This document shows, piece after piece, positions 34,857-38,618 of a stretch of DNA of 38,618 nucleotides. This DNA is from a virus. Each line of letters starts with the position of its first letter. Position 1 is the first letter of the stretch. Under the pieces are notes generated by a model. It was not told the DNA's origin, made no database searches, and worked only from the letters and a program-made list of their open reading frames with translations. The stretch is from UHGV virus genome UHGV-0392077. One strand, given 5' to 3'. Position numbers and translations under genes: made by a program.

Positions 34857-34979
34857 CACCGCAACGCCAATTACTGGTGGTGAACTGGACAAGGTTGGCG
34901 TACCGGCCTAAGTGGTACCGGCGTCCTTTCGGACCCCTGCCCAGCCCACCATAATTCGGATATGGCTGTGCTTAACGCA

Positions 34980-35003
34980 TAAAAAAACCACGTCTGGCGT
35001 GGT
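34980..35003 (-). terminator. rho-independent terminator after the small LexA-boxed gene
   Basis: Minus strand ACCACG-CCAGA-CGTGGT followed by TTTTTTT. Confidence 0.6.
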
Positions 35004-35093
35004 ATGCGCCACTTAGTAACTCGGGACGCCAATCCCGGCACTGGATTTTGCCAGTACCCGATTACTATGGCACAAGAGGAGTGCGATGTAAAT

Positions 35094-35108
35094 TTACCGC
35101 AAAGGTAA
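35094..35108. promoter_or_regulatory. operator-like palindrome TTACC-gcaaa-GGTAA
   Basis: Between the stop of the small gene and its terminator. Confidence 0.5.
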
Positions 35109-35139
35109 ATATAAGCACTCCACTTGGTAATTGCAAACC

Positions 35140-35397
35140 TTATCTGGTTTGTTTTCGTAATTGTTCGGCACAATAGTCGAGATGTGTTTGCAGATCCTGC
35201 ATAGACATCTGTGAGCTGGTGACGTAGTTAATCAGTGCAGTCAGTTCGGCAAGTGGGCCATCGACATTAAATCCATCCTTATCGAGATCCCGGAGTAATT
35301 TCATCAAGTGCGATCCCTCCACTAGTGATCTGACGCCTCCCGGCGTGTGAATCCTTTCGGTAAATCCGTCTTCCAGTGGATAGTGATACTGCTGCAT
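35140..35397 (-). CDS. small protein (85 aa) paralogous to the Ant C-terminal domain; candidate SOS-inducible antirepressor
   Basis: Aligns by eye with the Ant C-terminus (IHTPGGVRSLVEGSHLMKLLRDLDKDGFNVDGPLAELT...DLQTHLDY versus IHSPSGVLGLTEHSLLMNLLNQLQEDGHDVSGAAAELT...DIQTHAEY). Start set at ATG 35397 because the ORF-track extension to 35520 translates the LexA box. Confidence 0.55.
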   Translation of the reverse strand: MQQYHYPLEDGFTERIHTPGGVRSLVEGSHLMKLLRDLDKDGFNVDGPLAELTALINYVTSSQMSMQDLQTHLDYCAEQLRKQTR

Positions 35398-35416
35398 CTT
35401 ATCTTCTCCATGCAAT

Positions 35417-35436
35417 AACTGTATATTTATACAGTA
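35417..35436. promoter_or_regulatory. LexA (SOS) box
   Basis: AACTGTATATTTATACAGTA is CTGT-N8-ACAG with an AT-rich core, close to the E. coli consensus TACTGTATATATATACAGTA; 22 nt upstream of the small gene's ATG. Confidence 0.7.
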
Positions 35437-35473
35437 GCAAATAATTTGTTTGCTATCCAGCACGTTTTGCAAA

Positions 35474-35488
35474 TTACCCGAAAGGTAA
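35474..35488. promoter_or_regulatory. operator-like palindrome ATTACC-cgaaa-GGTAAT
   Basis: Perfect 17-bp palindrome between the LexA-boxed promoter and the tailspike gene. Confidence 0.5.
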
Positions 35489-35592
35489 TATCTATTCGTA
35501 TTTACAGTCTTTCTATCCATATGTGGTTTTTCAGGTAATAGAATAACCAGATATGCGGCGCAACGGGTGCTGCGACTATCTGGAGATTTAAC

Positions 35593-37416
35593 ATGACGGT
35601 CTCAACCGAAGTTGACCACAACGAATACACAGGTAACGGTGTTACGACATCATTTCCGTATACCTTCCGCATTTTCAAAAAATCCGACTTAGTTGTTCAG
35701 GTGTCTGACCTTAACGGTAACGTAACAGTACTAGTACTGGATACCGGTTATACGGTAACCGGTGCGGGCACTTATAGTGGTGGTGCTGTGGTTCTTCCGT
35801 CGCCTCTTGCGGCTGGTTGGCGTATTACGATAGAGCGCGTGCTTAATGTTGTGCAGAAGACTGACCTTCGCAATCAAGGAAAATTTTTTCCAGAAGTTCA
35901 TGAGGATGCCTTTGACTACCTGACAATGTTGATTCAGAAGTGTTTTGGTTGGTTCCGACGTTCACTGATGAAGCCTTCGTTGCTTGCAAAATATTACGAT
36001 GCAAAACAAAACAGAATTTCTAATCTTGCAGATCCTGGCGTACCACAGGACGCTGTAAATAACCGGTCTATGCGCAACTATGTTGATGCTGCTATAGCTG
36101 GTGTTGTTGGTGGTTATGGATGGTTTATTCAGTATGGTTCTGGGGCTATTTACCGTACATTTCAGGACAAGATGCGTGAAGTTTTTAGTGTAAAAGATTT
36201 TGGCGCTAAGGGGGACGGAGTTACTGATGATACAGCTGCGATTCATACGGCATGTAGTGCATTAAACGATTATTTTTTGGCTGATGGTGTTCGTAGAACA
36301 TTAGTTTTTCCTGACGGTACATATCGCACATCAAGTACTGTTGTGTCTCATCCCAACATGTGCATCCATTGTATTGGTAATGTTATATTTCAGAATGCCA
36401 ATAAGGACGATAAATCATTTGCTGCCTTTGAGATACAAGGAGGTGCACATAAAACAGTATTGGGTGTGATAGATGCATATGGTGTCGGATTCATAGTTAG
36501 AGGTAATACTCATAATATAGAGTTTCAGACCATTAGTAATTGTATTGATGGGTTTGTTATTCGTGCAGATATTAATTGGACTCTTGGCACTAAAAATAGC
36601 TTAGATAATAAAATTACTGGTATCCAAATTGGTAAGTGCACCAACGGAATTGTATTTGAACAGAATGGAGATTCACTTATTCAGCAAGGTAATGAAGTGC
36701 GTGTTAACTTTGTGTCTGAAACAAATAATACTGTTCTGTTTAGAAACTACGATGGGTTTTCTCATACAAAACAATCTAACTGGGATTCTAATTTTATAGA
36801 GCTTATTGCATCAGACCCAACAAAATTACCTGGCTCCTCTATGGTAATGAATACTACAAATTATGGTGTGCCAAACCTTACATTTAATATCACAAACTGG
36901 TGCGGTGGTTGGATTGCAAACGCTGGAACCATATGTCTTATTAGGGGGGCATTTACAACATGTAGATTCATGTTTAACTTGGCTGCAGATGTTGGGGTTA
37001 ATGAGGTTGTTGATTCACGTGGAAAATCATCTTTTGGATCTTGTAAGGTAAGTCTTTGCAGGCAAGGAAACCTCGGAAGCGGCTCTTCTTTTTACACTGC
37101 TGTTACTCCAGGTGATATTTTTAATAATGGAATTGCAGTTAAAAATGATAAATTTAGGATTCGTGTAACCATTCCTGATTTAGCTGCAGGTCAAGTATAT
37201 GGCTCATCTTTCTGGCATGTTCTTGTACAACAATCAGGAACATCAAGGGTGCGACTCGAACAAGTAGCTGGTGCCGTACATTCCAGAAATGGAATTCTTA
37301 TCGAACTCACAGATGCTGGAACAGAATTAGTTGGGATGGTGCGCATATGGGTTAAAAATACAACCCAAGACACTATATCTGCAAGAAATATTGATTTTAT
37401 TGTTTCAGTATCTTAA
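35593..37416 (+). CDS. tailspike / receptor-binding protein with pectate-lyase-like beta-helix (putative depolymerase)
   Basis: GGAG 7 nt upstream of ATG. N-terminus EYTGNGVTTSFPYTF looks like a conserved particle-binding domain; middle carries FSVKDFGAKGDGVTDDTAAIHTA, the hallmark of the pectate-lyase-type right-handed beta-helix; the distal half is AT-rich. Confidence 0.75.
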   Translation: MTVSTEVDHNEYTGNGVTTSFPYTFRIFKKSDLVVQVSDLNGNVTVLVLDTGYTVTGAGTYSGGAVVLPSPLAAGWRITIERVLNVVQKTDLRNQGKFFPEVHEDAFDYLTMLIQKCFGWFRRSLMKPSLLAKYYDAKQNRISNLADPGVPQDAVNNRSMRNYVDAAIAGVVGGYGWFIQYGSGAIYRTFQDKMREVFSVKDFGAKGDGVTDDTAAIHTACSALNDYFLADGVRRTLVFPDGTYRTSSTVVSHPNMCIHCIGNVIFQNANKDDKSFAAFEIQGGAHKTVLGVIDAYGVGFIVRGNTHNIEFQTISNCIDGFVIRADINWTLGTKNSLDNKITGIQIGKCTNGIVFEQNGDSLIQQGNEVRVNFVSETNNTVLFRNYDGFSHTKQSNWDSNFIELIASDPTKLPGSSMVMNTTNYGVPNLTFNITNWCGGWIANAGTICLIRGAFTTCRFMFNLAADVGVNEVVDSRGKSSFGSCKVSLCRQGNLGSGSSFYTAVTPGDIFNNGIAVKNDKFRIRVTIPDLAAGQVYGSSFWHVLVQQSGTSRVRLEQVAGAVHSRNGILIELTDAGTELVGMVRIWVKNTTQDTISARNIDFIVSVS

Positions 37417-37481
37417 AGGGATGAATAAAAATATCTGATGTTACATTGATAATTAATTGGGAAAGATATAATGAATATTAA

Positions 37482-37898
37482 GTGGTGTTTTGTATGTCTG
37501 TAGGTATAACCAGCGAGTCTTTAAACCAATGGCTTAGCATGAGTTCTCTGGTGGCGGTGATAGTTGGAGTTCCTCCTGAGGTTGCTTTGGGGGCTTTGGC
37601 TGGGGCGGTAATTTTTGTTACCTCTGCGGTAGAGTATCCCATTCGTCGTCGTGTACTTTTGTCGATACTTAGCTTTCTCTGCGGACTTCTCTTTTACAAA
37701 CCAGCAGCATCAATTCTTATCGGCATAGCCAGCCTGATCCCTACCATCACGCAGGACTCTTTTGAAAAAGGGATTGTTTTCTCTGCTGGTGCATTCGTGT
37801 CAGCAATTGTTGCTGTGCGTATTGGTATATGGCTCTACCACCGTTCCGATAATCCACGCGAGTTAATTCCGGGGAGAAAAGACGATGGTAGCGCATGA
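37482..37898 (+). CDS. holin-like membrane protein (putative)
   Basis: Several TM helices and a charged C-terminal tail ([18 protein letters not shown]). Start ambiguous: GTG 37482 or ATG 37494. Confidence 0.45.
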   Translation: MVFCMSVGITSESLNQWLSMSSLVAVIVGVPPEVALGALAGAVIFVTSAVEYPIRRRVLLSILSFLCGLLFYKPAASILIGIASLIPTITQDSFEKGIVFSAGAFVSAIVAVRIGIWLYHRSDNPRELIPGRKDDGSA

Positions 37899-38193
37899 GT
37901 TTTTTTTGCTTATAACCAATGCATTTATTTGTACTGGCATAGCAATTCGCGTTGTCACATTCCGACGTAACGGATCTCAACATCGAAGATGGGGTGGTTG
38001 GCTTGCTTATTTCCTGATTGTTGCAGCGGCCAGTATTCCGGTTCGTGTCGCCTATGCAATCTGGTTCCGCACGCCAATGGCTGTGGATTTATCTGAGGTC
38101 ATTATTAATGCTGTCATGCTTGCTGCGGTTATTAAAACGCGCGGTAACGTCGTTCAAATTTTCAAAGTATCGAGGTCTAAACATGGAGATTAA
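37885..38193 (+). CDS. holin/antiholin-like membrane protein (putative)
   Basis: 102 aa with TM helices and a basic C-terminus; overlaps the endolysin start by 11 nt. Confidence 0.45.
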   Translation: MVAHEFFLLITNAFICTGIAIRVVTFRRNGSQHRRWGGWLAYFLIVAAASIPVRVAYAIWFRTPMAVDLSEVIINAVMLAAVIKTRGNVVQIFKVSRSKHGD

Positions 38194-38618
38194 GCAATTC
38201 CAGCGAGCTGCTGGTATCAGCGATGCGCTGGCCGCACGCTGGTTCTCGCATATAACTTCTGCGATGAATGAGTTTGGTATCAGAAAACCCGAAGATCAGG
38301 CAATGTTTATTGCTCAGGTCGGGCATGAGTCTGGGGGCTTCACCAGGTTGCAGGAGAATTTCAACTACAGCGTCACAGGGCTGGCTAACTTTGTTCGGGC
38401 AGGACGTCTCACTCAGGGACAGGCCAACGCATTGGGGAGACGCGCAGGCGAACCACCATTGCCACTTGAGCGCCAGCGAGCGATTGCCAATCTGGTGTAC
38501 AGCAAACGCATGGGGAACAATGCCCCCGGAGATGGCTGGAATTACCGAGGTCGCGGACTTATCCAGATTACCGGTTTGAATAACTATCGTGACTGCGGAA
38601 ACGGTCTGAAAGTTGACC
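38183..38618 (+). CDS. endolysin, N-terminal part (GH19/chitinase-like lysozyme); continues at 1..194
   Basis: ATG 38183 with GAGG 6 nt upstream; [13 protein letters not shown]...[22 protein letters not shown]...[13 protein letters not shown] matches GH19-type phage endolysins. No stop before the window end, so it is absent from the ORF track; it is in frame with 3..194. Confidence 0.8.
   Translation, partial: MEIKQFQRAAGISDALAARWFSHITSAMNEFGIRKPEDQAMFIAQVGHESGGFTRLQENFNYSVTGLANFVRAGRLTQGQANALGRRAGEPPLPLERQRAIANLVYSKRMGNNAPGDGWNYRGRGLIQITGLNNYRDCGNGLKVD

Noticed and set aside
35398-35520. Upstream extension of ORF 35140..35520
   Set aside because: The extension translates the LexA box and promoter region; ATG 35397 with GGAG upstream gives an 85-aa product matching the Ant C-terminal domain.
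1-38618. Assignment to a named phage (epsilon15 / phiV10-like)
   Set aside because: Gene order and several protein sizes fit my recollection of that group, but without a database search I cannot confirm identity, so it is offered only as a resemblance.

Overview
This window is best read as a complete, circularly permuted temperate phage genome of about 38.6 kb from an enterobacterial host, not an ordinary chromosomal stretch. The endolysin gene is split by the window junction: 38183..38618 continues in frame into 1..194. Layout in order: endolysin C-terminus and Rz/Rz1 spanins; a putative attP region; a P4-type tyrosine integrase (+); a leftward early operon (-) with small ORFs, a RecE-like exonuclease, a RecT-like annealase, an AlpA-type excisionase and an MT-A70 adenine methyltransferase; a dual-HTH repressor (-) beside a three-site operator cluster; a rightward early operon (+) with a Cro-like protein, a replication initiator with a DnaT-like C-terminus and iteron-like repeats inside its gene, a lambda-P-like helicase loader and nin-like accessory genes; terminase small and large subunits; a moron carrying tRNA-Arg(UCU); portal, scaffold, capsid and tail/ejection proteins; an AT-rich lipoprotein moron; a minus-strand antirepressor block (Bro-N Ant plus a LexA-boxed small paralogue); a tailspike with a pectate-lyase-like beta-helix; holin-like genes; and the endolysin N-terminus. 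The strongest signals not explained by genes are a 15-17 bp palindrome TTACC-N5-GGTAA at 12 or more intergenic sites across the genome, and a perfect 12-bp palindrome GTGACATGTCAC present three times at moron or terminator junctions. The architecture and protein sizes resemble epsilon15/phiV10-like podoviruses, but that is from memory and unverified. Every call below was made by eye from the sequence and the supplied ORF track; no database search, motif scan or structure prediction was run.
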